Origin: Pelagomonas calceolata
Lineage: Eukaryota
NCBI GenBank assembly: GCA_918797485.1
Contig: CAKKNE010000003.1
Location: 2,480,001-2,544,000, forward strand
Direction: 5' to 3'
Length of the DNA stretch: 64,000 nt
This document shows, piece after piece, positions 44,350-55,492 of the stretch (its first letter is position 1; each line of letters opens with the position of its first letter). Made by a program: the position numbers and the translations under genes. Under the pieces are notes generated by a model. The model worked only from the letters and a program-made list of their open reading frames with translations. It ran no database searches and was not told the origin of the DNA.

Positions 44350-46293
44350 TTACGAGGTGAGCCGCACGGGAGCGTGTACCACAGGCGAGCCCTTCCCTTG
44401 CGGCGCCGCCTGGGCGTGCGACGGCACGCGCGCCGGGAACGCTACGGGCGACGGGACGCCGTGCTCGGAGACCTGTGTGGACGACGACCGGTGAGTCGCG
44501 CGGAACGACGCAGACGCCGAGTCGGTGCCTCCTCGTCGTCGGGCAATAATATATGCGTCCGCACCTGCGTCCCGTGCGGCGTCGGCGTCAATTCCAAGAC
44601 GGCGCCCGCCGGCAACGGTAAATAAGGGATAGCCTCGGCGTCGGTACCCGTAAAATAAGAATACAAGCACCTTTGGACGGCCAGATGCGTCACCAGTAGT
44701 ACAGATTTGCGTTGGCGCTCCAATTCAATGAGGATAGGTCTCAACCTGTTGATGACGTCCAGGTACGACTCCCCACCGGCGCCCGGGTATCGGAACCGCA
44801 GCTTGTCGGCCATGCGTCGGTGCCAGACCGCCGGGTACCTATCTTGAATCTCCTTGACGCTCAGTCCATCAAAGTCGCCGCCACACAACTCATTTAATAG
44901 AGACGACGTCGACACGCGCGGCGCCGCCTCGAACGCTAGAGGATCGGCCAGCAGCGGCTTTATCGTTTGAGAATGGATGGGCGCATTACCGGTCAAGACG
45001 ACGATCTCGGGGTCCGTATCTACATGCTCTTCTCGGAAGGAAGCATGCGCGTCTTTCACGAAAGAAGCTAATCTTCTGGCAAAACACCGCCCGCGCGGCG
45101 TGAGGTGCCCCGTAGCGGCGCCGACTCTTCTAGACTCTACTTGCAGCTGACTTTCACCATGTAATGCCAACCAAATCCGCCTCGGCTGGATGTGCACGTT
45201 GCCCAGGTAGAAGCCCAACTGAGAAGTGAGATAACCGCCGCACCGTCTTGTTATAACTTTATCACCGACATTCACGAGCTTGATGTAGGCGCACTCCTCG
45301 GCATCATCTACCGGTTCATACCTAGCTTCATACTGCTTCACGCGTTCCATGAAGTCGGCCATGGCCTTCTTCGGGTCCGTGCCCCGGTAGTCGGCCTGCG
45401 GGGGACCGCGGTGGCGGCGCGGCGGTGGGCGTACTCTCGCGGCGAGGCGTCTCGTGCCACCCCATACGCTATCGCCGCGACCCGACACGCACACGCAACA
45501 GAGTTGACGGCCGCGCGACGCGACGAGGACGCCGCGCGCGCACGTTCTGAAGCTTCATCTCGTAGTTCCGCGAGAGCACCTTCGGGTCGTCGCAGATGCT
45601 CTCCACAAACACTATACTCACATCGTTGCCACTTTCATCACTCTCGGCCTTGCATCTCTCTGTTAACAAGTGTCGCCGATGTCGCGTCGTATTGGTAGCG
45701 TCGAAGATGGCCACACAAGCGCCCTTCTGGGCCCGCAGCCAGTCGTACATCTCCTCCTGGCACTGCAGCGCGAGGCCCTCTCGGACGGCCATCGCCTCTG
45801 GCGTGTCGGCGAAGTACTCGGCCTTGGCGCCGGCCTGGCCCTGCTTTCGTCGTAGTTCGCCCACATTAAATATTTTCGTGGGGAAGCCGACCCAACTCAG
45901 ATATCTTACTAACATTTTGACGAGATAACTTTTACCTCTAGCTGGTAGGCCGACCATGGCCACGACCAATTTGACTCTACTACCTAAAGTGCCGCCCGCA
46001 TAATCCGTGGTCGACGCTTGTGCGAGGGCCTTGGACTCGACCATCAACCTTAAAGATCGCTCGCTCTTTTCTCGATCCATGCTTCTCGCTTCATGTCTTG
46101 TGGCTAACGAAGAAGGCGTAATGCCGTAGAAGCTAGACGCCGTGCTCTCGTCGAGCTTCGTGCTGTCGTCCAGGCTCTTCGGCGTTTCGTCTTCGTCGTT
46201 GCTGAGGTACTTGCTGGTTGTTTTATAAGCGACGGCGAAGGCGGCGCCGGCCAGGGCCGCTACCGTTACTGTTTTTGCCGGCTGCGCGGCCAT
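44350..46293 (-). CDS. PFKFB: 6-phosphofructo-2-kinase/fructose-2,6-bisphosphatase; intron 45396-45543 and a probable second intron ending at 44473
   Basis: MVGLPARGKS, IFDATNTT, FVESIC, LHGES, GGESYLD; the donor of the last intron is ambiguous (44564 GT or 44528 GC). Confidence 0.9.
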
Positions 46294-46549
46294 GGCGTGC
46301 CGTGGCTTTTTAGATGCTGATTCTGGTCGTATGGCGCCCCGCGTGCGCGCTTGTGAGCACCCCGGCGGCGTGCGCGCTTGTGTTGCGCTCAAGTGCCCTA
46401 GAGAGCAGTGGCCCTGCCGGCAAGTTGCGCGCGGGAGCAAAGGTTGCTCTCGGTTCACACGCGCTGCGGCGATCTTATGGCGGCTGCAGTTTATCAATTC
46501 AGCTCGCGAGTAGCCGTGCGCCGTGCATCAAATGATGGAGCCCGTGCTT

Positions 46550-46573
46550 GCTAGTGTGTTACAGACCGCTAGC
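46550..46573 (+). promoter_or_regulatory. CTAG dyad element copy 11
   Basis: GCTAGTGTGTTACAGACCGCTAGC, divergent intergenic. Confidence 0.65.
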
Positions 46574-46803
46574 TCTGGCTTTGCTCCTTGCCACTTTGTG
46601 CATAGTTACGCCTACCAGACGGGCTACATCGCCGCCTGTGAATCCAGGACAGGCCCTCGGCTGCTCCCTCCATCGCTGCTGCCAATACAACACGCTTACG
46701 TGCCGTACACAACCGGAGAGCATATTGGCTCTCACCCTGCTGCCGGCCGCGCAGAGCTGTAACGCAAGGTGCCGAGCGAAAGACAAGCATCAGGGAGACG
46801 TCT

Positions 46804-47526
46804 ATGCTCCTCACGTCGCTGCTCCGGCGACACCTCCTCGGCATGGGACTGACCGCATCCGCCCTCTCTACCGCCCCCGCGGCCAAGGGCGCTATTCGCT
46901 ATCGGCAGCTCTGGGTAAGTGCCGACGGCGTTACTCATATCGACGAGCACGAATGCGGTAAACTAGAGACGAAGGACTTCACGTCGACGGGCGGCGACGC
47001 CGCGCTGCCCGAATCGGCGTCCTTTCGGCCCCCACGCCAGCGACGCGACGCGTGCCTCACACAGGCAATACGTGCGCGCCTTCTCTGACTCCGACGATTT
47101 CGCTCTCACGGGCTTAGTGGTCACGCAACAAGTAGGAGAAAACCCGTGGCACTTCTGCCCTTCGCCGCAGTTCGTCGTGACGCTCAAGGGCAGCTGGTAC
47201 ATCCGGACGAGCGACGGCAAGACCACAACATTTAAACCGGGCGACGTCTTGTACCGTGTGGAAATCAAATTTCGGAGGCCCCACGTCGACGTAGCTGCAT
47301 CTGCTCGATGGCGTTCAGGTTGGATAACCTAACTTACTGGTCGATTTCCACACAGGTCTTATATCAAGACAACTCCGCGGAACACCCATTGGCCAAACTC
47401 GGAGCGAGAGGCCAGGCCCCGAGCGGCGCGCAGCACTGGTCCGGAGCCAACGGCGGGCCCTGCAACCAGCTCGTCCTCGGCGTGAAGCCCAAGATATTCC
47501 CTGCATCAAAACCCGGAACTTGGTAA
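46804..47526 (+). CDS. Cupin-fold protein, 3 exons (intron 1 ends at 47064, intron 2 47246-47355)
   Basis: DGVTH; PWHFCPSPQFVVTLKG...TSDG...FKPGDVLYQDN...HWS. Confidence 0.75.
47246..47355 (+). mobile_element. Introner intron (TIR + 8-bp TSD)
   Basis: GTCTTGTA-CCGTGTGGAAATCAA...TCGATTTCCACACAG-GTCTTATA. Confidence 0.9.
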
Positions 47527-47549
47527 GTATATGTTTTATTACTAGCTAG

Positions 47550-49451
47550 CTAGCAGCCGCACGGCGGCACCGACGACGCCGCCGCGAGCGCCTCGACGTC
47601 CAGCTCTAGCGCCGACGTCGGGTTCGCCACGCCAAAGTTCTTCAATACTTCAGGATGGACGACGCCGAAAATACCGACAGATGTCTTCGAACCTGATTCT
47701 TCAATCATCACGCGCGCACACCGCCCGGGGAAGTACGTAGGGTCGTCAATAGGTTCGACGGAGTACATCCTACTTCCAGAGCTACCCGTGTAGCCCTTCA
47801 AGGAATTCCCCGCATATGCTTTAGTAGGTGCTATTTGAGCACACGTCATGACCCGATCCACTAACCCATGAATGACCTCGAACCCGGCCGTCATGCCCGT
47901 ATAAGTAGCAACGAGATGCCTTCTATTGAGAGCCCCGACATCTTCATTATCATCACGGTGGACCACATCATTCACTTCAAACAGCTTCAGGCCTTCCTTG
48001 ACGGAGTGCGCCTTGGCGCATTCGAGGGTTTTGAGAGCACCCACCAGTAACGAAGTGCGGACGATCTCGAACTCCTCGGAAGCCGGGTTGGACAGGACCA
48101 CGGCCTTCTCCTTGCCGTCGTCGTGTCGTAGCTTGTCGAATTGCTCGTCTAACCGACAGAGGCCATGGGTCAGTACTTCGACGTAACCGGCTCGCGCGAC
48201 CTCATCTCTCAGTAAGTCACTAAACCCATTCAATCGTGTCGGTCGTCCCGTCGTAGTCGTACGTGGCAACGTCTCGGGGATGTTGTTGTAGCCGTACGCA
48301 ATTCCGATGTCTTCGGCGACGTCTACTGCATGTAAAATATCAGACCGCGTCACCGGGACGGAGACAGACACTTCGTCCTTGGTCGCATCGTACCTCGCTG
48401 GAGCGAGCTGCATCTTCTCCGCCAGTTGACACGCAGCTTCGGGTGTCAACTCATTATCTGTTAATCCAACAACACCTCGGACATCTCGTAAAGGCGCGGT
48501 CATCGTCCTCGCTGCTAATACTGGAGTCGTCTCCGTCCTCGTGATGACACCGTTCTTGACGTACTCGACGTCGACCGGTTCTACTCTAAACCCACAGTAC
48601 TCGGCGAACATGGCTACGACGGTGCTACAAACCACATTAGCTTTGGTTTCATCGGTCGCCGTGCACTCAATGAAGACATTCTTCGTCGAAGGCTGGATCC
48701 TCGAGTGCCGGCCGTTGATGATTGGTGGGAGCGACAGTACTTGTCCGGTAGAATCGCGGATCACGGGGTAGTTCGGAGAATCATATATGATACCCGTATA
48801 GGGCTTTAAATGTTTGCATTCTGGTGCCGTGCGGTAGTGGTCTAGGAGCTTGCGACCGGTCCAGGACTTCTCCGTTTCCGTGAGTGGTACGAAATCGATC
48901 GAATCCCTCGGTTCCGCTCGGTAAGTGAACTGAGGTTGTAGAGTATCCAAGTCGTGGGTCCCGATGGCCACTAACGTCCGTCTTCGACAGATGTTTTGAT
49001 GTAACTTATCTTGTAAATCGATGAAGGAGTTGTACACGCGCGGATCTTCAAAGGAAACGCCTCGGAGAACGGCACAGACGCAGAACGGCCTGATGGCATC
49101 CGTGCTATCACTTTCCACGGTCATTTTTAATCGCTTAGCAGGCTCGACCAGCGTAAACGACGGCGTCTTCTCCAGCCCCAGAAAAATGCGCAAAGCGCGC
49201 GCCATGCCTTCCATACAAAGTAAATCGTATCTATTGGCCGGCACGTCGATGGCGTACTCCACACTTTGATCGTACTTCTCGAGCTCTTTCGCGGTCAAAT
49301 TCTTGTTCATGTCCTTGGCCCTCTGGTACGCGCTCGTCACGTCGTCGAGCTCGACGCCGAACTCGAAACAAAGTAACTCGAACTCCTCCTGCGTGTAGGT
49401 CTTTCCTAGTCTCTCGTAGAGGTGGTCGCGGTCTAACGTGACGGTCGGCAT
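47550..49451 (-). CDS. FARSB: Phenylalanyl-tRNA synthetase beta subunit (cytosolic)
   Basis: MPTV, LCFEFGVELD, PANRYDLLC.EG, LQDKLHQNICRRRTLVAIGTHD, SLPPIIN, TRSDILH. Confidence 0.96.
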   Translation of the reverse strand: MPTVTLDRDHLYERLGKTYTQEEFELLCFEFGVELDDVTSAYQRAKDMNKNLTAKELEKYDQSVEYAIDVPANRYDLLCMEGMARALRIFLGLEKTPSFTLVEPAKRLKMTVESDSTDAIRPFCVCAVLRGVSFEDPRVYNSFIDLQDKLHQNICRRRTLVAIGTHDLDTLQPQFTYRAEPRDSIDFVPLTETEKSWTGRKLLDHYRTAPECKHLKPYTGIIYDSPNYPVIRDSTGQVLSLPPIINGRHSRIQPSTKNVFIECTATDETKANVVCSTVVAMFAEYCGFRVEPVDVEYVKNGVITRTETTPVLAARTMTAPLRDVRGVVGLTDNELTPEAACQLAEKMQLAPARYDATKDEVSVSVPVTRSDILHAVDVAEDIGIAYGYNNIPETLPRTTTTGRPTRLNGFSDLLRDEVARAGYVEVLTHGLCRLDEQFDKLRHDDGKEKAVVLSNPASEEFEIVRTSLLVGALKTLECAKAHSVKEGLKLFEVNDVVHRDDNEDVGALNRRHLVATYTGMTAGFEVIHGLVDRVMTCAQIAPTKAYAGNSLKGYTGSSGSRMYSVEPIDDPTYFPGRCARVMIEESGSKTSVGIFGVVHPEVLKNFGVANPTSALELDVEALAAASSVPPCGC

Positions 49452-49741
49452 CTTTTGCTGTGATTTATCTTTTGGAGAGCAGCAATGTGCTTGTGAGAGC
49501 GAGCGGTGTGTTGTGTGGTTGCCAAGCGCTGTTGCGGTTGCAGTGCGAGTAATGTGTGTGCTCTCGCTGCGGCGAGCGTCACTACACCACCACTGGTCGC
49601 GCTTGCTGGCGTTTTTGCAGCTTCGCCACAGGCTCGAGCTGCGATTTTTGGTTGGTTGCAAGACGGCTGGAAAGGACTCCATGCGCCAGCCGATGGCTCC
49701 TGTTTGCGAAAACCGAAGGGTGTTAGGATAATCGTGTTTCT

Positions 49742-49764
49742 GCTAGTGTGCTAATGTCGCTAGC
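49742..49764 (+). promoter_or_regulatory. CTAG dyad element copy 12
   Basis: GCTAGTGTGCTAATGTCGCTAGC, divergent intergenic. Confidence 0.65.
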
Positions 49765-49962
49765 TCAGTTTCTCCTTGCGTGACCACAGCCGTATTGAGC
49801 GCGCTACTCACTATTGGTGGGCGACGCGAGAGAATATCTGCATTTCGTCGGGGCAGATTCGCTGCACCACCGAAACGCTGCCATTCGCAACTCCTGTGGC
49901 TGCTCTCCCGCCTCCCAGCTTCTCAGAGCCCAAGCGCGGTCGCTGTTCAGGATTATACAACA

Positions 49963-50367
49963 ATGACGCTCACGCACGTCGTCCTGCTGAAGTGGAAGCC
50001 CGGCACACCGGACAGCGCCGTCGAGCCGGGCCTGAAGAAGCTCGAGCAAATACCGCTCACCGAGACGTACATTTTGAGCTACCGCATCGGCAAGGACTTG
50101 TGTGTAGGCAGGACGAAGATGAATCATGATGTGGCGGTGGTCGCCGAGTTCGCGACGGAGGACGACTACCACCGCTACGCGACTGCTGGAAAACACCTCG
50201 ACGCCGTGGACTTGCTCAAGCCGCACCTGATGCATCGCCACGCGGTGCAGACGCACGCGAGGGAGTGGGCGACGCCCTGCTCGCAGCGGACGACGCCGTC
50301 CAATAAACGCGTCTTCGCCGCGCTGGTGTGCGGCGTCGTGCTCGGGCGCTTGCTCGCGCGCCGGTGA
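49963..50367 (+). CDS. Dabb (stress-responsive A/B barrel) protein with a C-terminal anchor
   Basis: HVVLLKWK...G.D...HD.AVVAEF...DY..Y....H. Confidence 0.8.
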   Translation: MTLTHVVLLKWKPGTPDSAVEPGLKKLEQIPLTETYILSYRIGKDLCVGRTKMNHDVAVVAEFATEDDYHRYATAGKHLDAVDLLKPHLMHRHAVQTHAREWATPCSQRTTPSNKRVFAALVCGVVLGRLLARR

Positions 50368-50462
50368 CAGCGCGACCTTTATGCAACCCGCACGGAACCG
50401 GGCAGGCTTCACTCCGTTCAACTTGGCCGGGTTTTCCCCCTCCGTGCACACTAACACTAAAT

Positions 50463-52338
50463 TTAATCTCCTCCACCCCACGGCCGGGGCACGGGCATGC
50501 CGTCGGCGTCGATCTCGTTCATGCGCCTTACACCAGCAAGGCCCGCGTCGATTATCGCCTTGTTCACCGCGAGCGCGGCGGCCTCCTGATCATCAAAATA
50601 GCCGATGTGGCGCTTGACGGTGTTCGCATCATTATAAGTCGCCCGCCACTGCTTGCTCTGCTTGCGCGCCCAGGTCACGCCCCAGTACTTGGACTGTTGG
50701 GCCGCCGTCGGATCTCTGAGAGGGGGCTTCAGGGCCAGTTTCCCGTCGACGACCGGATTCACCTTGCGCACGCCTTCCAAGCCCGCCTCGCGAATCGCAT
50801 CATTATAGGCGTAGGCCGCCTCCTCCTCGTTCCCATAACGACCTACGCTCTTTCTTTTCCCATCACCATCGGTATACTGCGCCCGCCAGACCCTTCCTTT
50901 TCTATCCCACGTGACGCCCCAGTACTTGCTGACACCGTATTTCGTCACCGCGAGGGGATCAGGCGCTATGACCGACGCCTTGGCCCGCCGATGCGGCGCG
51001 CCCGGCGGCACGAGCACACCATGCTCGTCCACCGCATTCATCCGACGTCTACCCTCCAGGCCCGCGTCGAGCACCGCCTTGTTACGCGCGTAGGCCGCCT
51101 CGCGCTCGTCGTCGTACCGACCTATGGTTCGATCCTTGCCATCTAACTCGTTGAGAGTGACTTTCCACTTCCTCCTTTTTTCATCCCAGGCCACGCCCAC
51201 GAAACGACTCACCCTTTTAGCCCAGTCCTCGATGTCGTCTGAAGTGGCTTCTGAAGGCTCCTCCACGTCCTCCTCTTGAAGGGCCTCCGCGAGCTCCCGC
51301 CGTAACCGATCGACTTCCGATTCTACGACAGGGTCGCACCGTTGTGCGATGTATTGCGCAGATTCTGAGAGGGCGTCCTCGGCCTCCCTGTGTGGCACGG
51401 ACACCGTCGCGAAACTGTCTCCGTGCACTCGCGAGCGATGCGGCATCGCGACGGACGCTGCGTCAGCACCTGAGGAACTTGGGGAAGAGCATAAAGTCGT
51501 GGAACATCTCCTCGTAGGTTTTGTGTGTGACTTCTGTGCCGGAGGCTTTCGCTGTTAGTGCTAGCGTCAAGGCATCAACATGCAACGTTTCCTGCTCTCC
51601 ACTTAGTATCATCATATCGTCGACGCCGGACGCGGTCAGAGCGAAGGCGTGGCGCGCGTCATTTTGTTCGTCGTTCACGTGTCTTGCCGGTTGTAACGAC
51701 GAAACGTCCAGAAAATCGCCGTCCGAAGATAATGACCGTTGCACATCCTTCGTCGGGTGATGCAGCAGGTAGGGGCACCAGAGCAGCACGCCCGCTGGTT
51801 TACTTGAGAGTTGTTGCGCCGCCCTTAGTGCTAAGTAAGCGCCGGCGGAATCACCAGCTAGCACGATCGGACCGGTCAGTTCATTGTACTGCCCGACGAC
51901 GTCGTTTACTGCATCAGCAATAGTGAACTCGGGCGCTCTTCTATATTTCGGCAATAAAGCCGTACACCCACCGGGCACGCGCGCGATCAGCGAAGCGACG
52001 GCTCCGCGATACGCGTGCGGGCTGCCCGCAAAGAAACCGCCGCCGTGGACAAAACAAATAGTGGCCTTCGATTCACTATCTCTAGGCGCGATGCGCACTC
52101 CACCATAGTCCGTCGTCGTCGCCTCGTGCGTGCTCCCTAAATGGGGGCAGCGCGCGTTGCCCCGTTCCATCAGCTCCTCGAAGAGCGTGCGGTTCCGCTC
52201 GACGTCGCCGCCGGCCCACCAGGGCGTCTTGCGGATGGCGTTTAGCAGTTGTTTTACGACGGGTCTCTGTTGTTTTTGTTCCGGTGGTGCCGTGCTGCTG
52301 CGGCGCAGGCTTTGGGCTAGCGCGCGGCGCAGCATCAT
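50463..52338 (-). CDS. HSL-family alpha/beta hydrolase fused to three AP2 domains, 2 exons (52338-51470, 51387-50463)
   Basis: HGGG, GDSAG, E, MFHDF; predicted intron 51388-51469 supplies the missing helix REAEDALSESAQYI in frame with 3x (Y/F).GV.W...W...G.(Y/F)..E.EAA.A.N. Confidence 0.75.
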
Positions 52339-52598
52339 TGGCTTCAGCAGCAGCGCGTGTGGCAGCACTGATCAGCAATGTGGGTGCTGGATGAATCAGT
52401 CTTCGTCGCGTTCGCCTTACGCGCTGCTGCGAGCCGTCACTGCCAGCACAAGCCCTGGTGCTTTGCTGATGCGAACAGGTTCCCGCGCAGCGCTTCGTTG
52501 GCGCAAGCCAACTCAATAATCAGTCGAATGCAATAGTTAACGTAGGCTCAACGCAACTATGCGAGCCGCTGGGACGAGTTTTGTCGGCTGAAGTGCTT

Positions 52599-52621
52599 GC
52601 TAGTGTGTTTACAACGCTAGC
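52599..52621 (+). promoter_or_regulatory. CTAG dyad element copy 13
   Basis: GCTAGTGTGTTTACAACGCTAGC, divergent intergenic. Confidence 0.65.
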
Positions 52622-52961
52622 GGAAAAAAAAGTGCCGACGACGGCACCGAGCGGCTGGCTCCTCATACCCACAGCGCTTGGATCTGAGAAAGCCCTCGAG
52701 CCACGCAAGGCTGCGCGTCGACGCCGAAGCGCCTCCGACTTGCGCACGGCTGCTGACCGGAACACGCCTGACCACCCGCAGCGGTAAAATAGCCGCGCGG
52801 AGAGCGCGCCATCGACGCGGGCCTCGAGGGCCGTCGTAGACTAAACGCCGTCGACGCCCGGGGTAGAATAAACGCCGTCGACGCGCGCGCATCGCCGCGC
52901 CGAGTCGCCGGTCGCAACCATTTGGCCCCGCACGCGCCAGCGAAGGGCGTTAAGCGCCGAC

Positions 52962-55391
52962 ATGTCCGAGCCCTACGCGCGCAAGGGCGGCGGCACGGCC
53001 CATGGCCGGACGCCCTACCGCCAAGTTTCGCAAGATGACACTGATGGTAGTGGCGTCAGAAGAGCAAGGCTCGCGACGTGGTCCAAGCTCCCCGAATCCC
53101 TCAACTTCACCACAGAAGAAAATGAAGTCTGGCGCACGAAGCACGCCCAGCTCCAGTACACGAACCGAAATAGGTGGTGGACGTCGCACAACGCCGTCGT
53201 GTTCAAACGGTGGGTCCTGACGTTTATTATTGGCGTCCTGGCTGGCTTAGTTGGTACATTTATTACGTTCTTCACTCGTAAACTAACCGACTACAAGTTC
53301 GAGAAAGTGCGACGCGTCATGGATGCGGAGGACGAGGGTACCTACCGAGGCTCTTCGTTCTTCTGCTACCTCGGCTTTAACTTATTATACGTCTCTGTCG
53401 CTATACTATGTGTATATATAGAACCGGTATCCGCCGGCTCAGGAATCCCGGAGGTGAAATGTTACCTTAATGGTATAAATGTACCTCGTATAGTACGAGT
53501 ACGCACCTTGTTCTGCAAGGCCTTTGGCGTACTCTTTAGTGTAGCCGCAGCGCTACCCGTGGGCAAGGAGGGCCCCATGATCCACTCTGGGAGTGTTATT
53601 GGTGCTTCACTGGCCCAAGGCACTAGAGGCCTGTTCGGTACATTGGGTGATACGCGAGTCTTAGAGTTTCGCAGTGACCCGGAAAAGCGGGACTTCGTCG
53701 CTTGTGGGGCCGCAGCAGGCGTCGCCACGGCCTTTGGGGCGCCGATTGGGGGTGTTCTGTTCGCCCTGGAGGAAGGCGCAAGCTTCTGGTCGACACAACT
53801 AACGTGGCGCGCGTTTTTTTGTGGCATGATCACGATCTATACGTTATATGTCGTACGGACATCGGAGGACCTGTGGGGCAGCGCCGACTCGACGAAGATG
53901 TTTTCCTTTGGCGAGTTCACTTATAAAACGTCAGACGGCAAGGCCAATTTCAGTGTGTGGGAGTTGTTGCTGTTCACGGCGCTGGGGGCGCTGGGCGGCC
54001 TGGCCGGGGCGCTGTTCAACCATTTGAACAAGCGACTGACGCAGTGGCGCATGCGGCACTGCGCGTCGAAGGCGCTGCGAGCTTTGGAAGCCTGGGCCGT
54101 CTGCGTCGTCTGCAGCACGGTCATGTACGTCGTGCCCTGCCTCTGGCGGCGGTGCACCCCCAAGCCGCTCGTACAAGTCACGTGGACGCAGTTCGAGAAA
54201 AACTTGGTCGAAGATTTAGTTCCGTTTGGCTGTCCCGCGGATTCCTACAACGAGGTGGCTTCGTTGTTTTTCACGGACTCCGACACGGCCATCAAGCAGC
54301 TGTTCCACTTTCGGGAGTCGGGCGTCTTCAATCAGGACGTCCAGACTTTTAGTTCATTAGCCATTGCTACCTTCTATGTACCTTATTTCTTGTGCGCGTG
54401 CCTGACGTATGGCATCGCCGTGCCCTCGGGCTTATTCGTACCTTCACTGTTGGGAGGAGCTGCTCTAGGTAGACTCGTCGGGCACCTCCTCCACCGATTA
54501 GACGCGCAGTCGGGCACCTTCGCGGACGCCGGCACGTATGCGCTCGTGGGAGCCGCCGCGGGCCTCGGCGGCATGGCGCGGATGACCATATCATTATGTG
54601 TTATTTTGCTCGAAGCGACGGGCAACATCTCGAACCTATTGCCATTAATGCTGGCGCTGATGGCGGCGCGCTGGGTCGGCAACGTTTTTAATGAAGGGTT
54701 GTATGATGTACATATCCACTTGAAGAAGATGCCGATTCTTGAGGAGGAGGTACCTGCTGCCGCTGCAGAGAGAACCGCGCACGCGGCCCAGGTCATGGCA
54801 GCGGACCCGGTCTGCTTCGCGCCTCTGGTCACGGTGGGCGACGCGTACGACGTCCTACGAAGCTGTCGGCACGCGTGCTTTCCCGTCGTCGCCGGCGGTG
54901 GCTCGACACAGCTCGCTGGTACGGTTTTACGTTCAACAATATGCATGCTCATCCAGCACCGGGCCTTCGGCGCGCCGGGCGACGACCCTACCTCGAGAAA
55001 TGACTTACGAACAAGAGCTCTCTCCCCGTTACTCTCGTCCGCGGTCTTCGAGCGGGCCTATCCGAGGTTCCCGACCGTCGATGAGTTAGACGTCTCGGAG
55101 ACCGATAGAGGGTGCTGGCTCGACTTGCGACCTTATGCCGACACGGGACCGGTGACGATCCAAGACTGCGCGTCGATACAGCGCACATATAGAGTCTTCC
55201 GCACGCTGGGGCTGCGCCATTTAGTCGTCGTCGACGCGGGCAATAAAGTGCGCGGCATCATCACGCGCAAGGACCTCGACCACCACACGCTTGAAGAAAG
55301 ATTAGCGTGGGCCGCGAACGAGGCCGAGAACCTCGAGAGCTTCTCGGTGGAAGCGCACCCGTCGACGATGGCGCGCTTCAGCGTCGCGTGA
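52962..55391 (+). CDS. CLC chloride/proton antiporter (CLC-6/7-like) with CBS domains
   Basis: GSGIPE, GKEGP, GLFVP, RMTIS, C-terminal CBS (GLRHL.VV...GIITRKDL). Confidence 0.95.
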   Translation: MSEPYARKGGGTAHGRTPYRQVSQDDTDGSGVRRARLATWSKLPESLNFTTEENEVWRTKHAQLQYTNRNRWWTSHNAVVFKRWVLTFIIGVLAGLVGTFITFFTRKLTDYKFEKVRRVMDAEDEGTYRGSSFFCYLGFNLLYVSVAILCVYIEPVSAGSGIPEVKCYLNGINVPRIVRVRTLFCKAFGVLFSVAAALPVGKEGPMIHSGSVIGASLAQGTRGLFGTLGDTRVLEFRSDPEKRDFVACGAAAGVATAFGAPIGGVLFALEEGASFWSTQLTWRAFFCGMITIYTLYVVRTSEDLWGSADSTKMFSFGEFTYKTSDGKANFSVWELLLFTALGALGGLAGALFNHLNKRLTQWRMRHCASKALRALEAWAVCVVCSTVMYVVPCLWRRCTPKPLVQVTWTQFEKNLVEDLVPFGCPADSYNEVASLFFTDSDTAIKQLFHFRESGVFNQDVQTFSSLAIATFYVPYFLCACLTYGIAVPSGLFVPSLLGGAALGRLVGHLLHRLDAQSGTFADAGTYALVGAAAGLGGMARMTISLCVILLEATGNISNLLPLMLALMAARWVGNVFNEGLYDVHIHLKKMPILEEEVPAAAAERTAHAAQVMAADPVCFAPLVTVGDAYDVLRSCRHACFPVVAGGGSTQLAGTVLRSTICMLIQHRAFGAPGDDPTSRNDLRTRALSPLLSSAVFERAYPRFPTVDELDVSETDRGCWLDLRPYADTGPVTIQDCASIQRTYRVFRTLGLRHLVVVDAGNKVRGIITRKDLDHHTLEERLAWAANEAENLESFSVEAHPSTMARFSVA

Positions 55392-55492
55392 GGAGTAAGG
55401 GGCTATCTATGTGAATTTCTAGAGTGGGTACCTAGTCACGGTGTGGAAAACTTACTGCGCTCCACAGGGGTAAACAAAAGCATGGAGGAGGT

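Noticed and set aside
50463..51387. AP2 repeats as the factor binding the CTAG dyad element, or as an HNH-AP2 homing endonuclease
   Set aside because: Only proximity supports the first idea; no HNH motif is seen
52800..52890. Short direct repeat TAAACGCCGTCGACGC upstream of CLC
   Set aside because: Only two copies; probably a decayed 5' UTR intron or repeat, with boundaries I cannot define
55437..55470. Solo TIR-like GTGTGGAAAAC between CLC and the TMEM151-like gene
   Set aside because: Too short, with no convincing partner TIR or TSD
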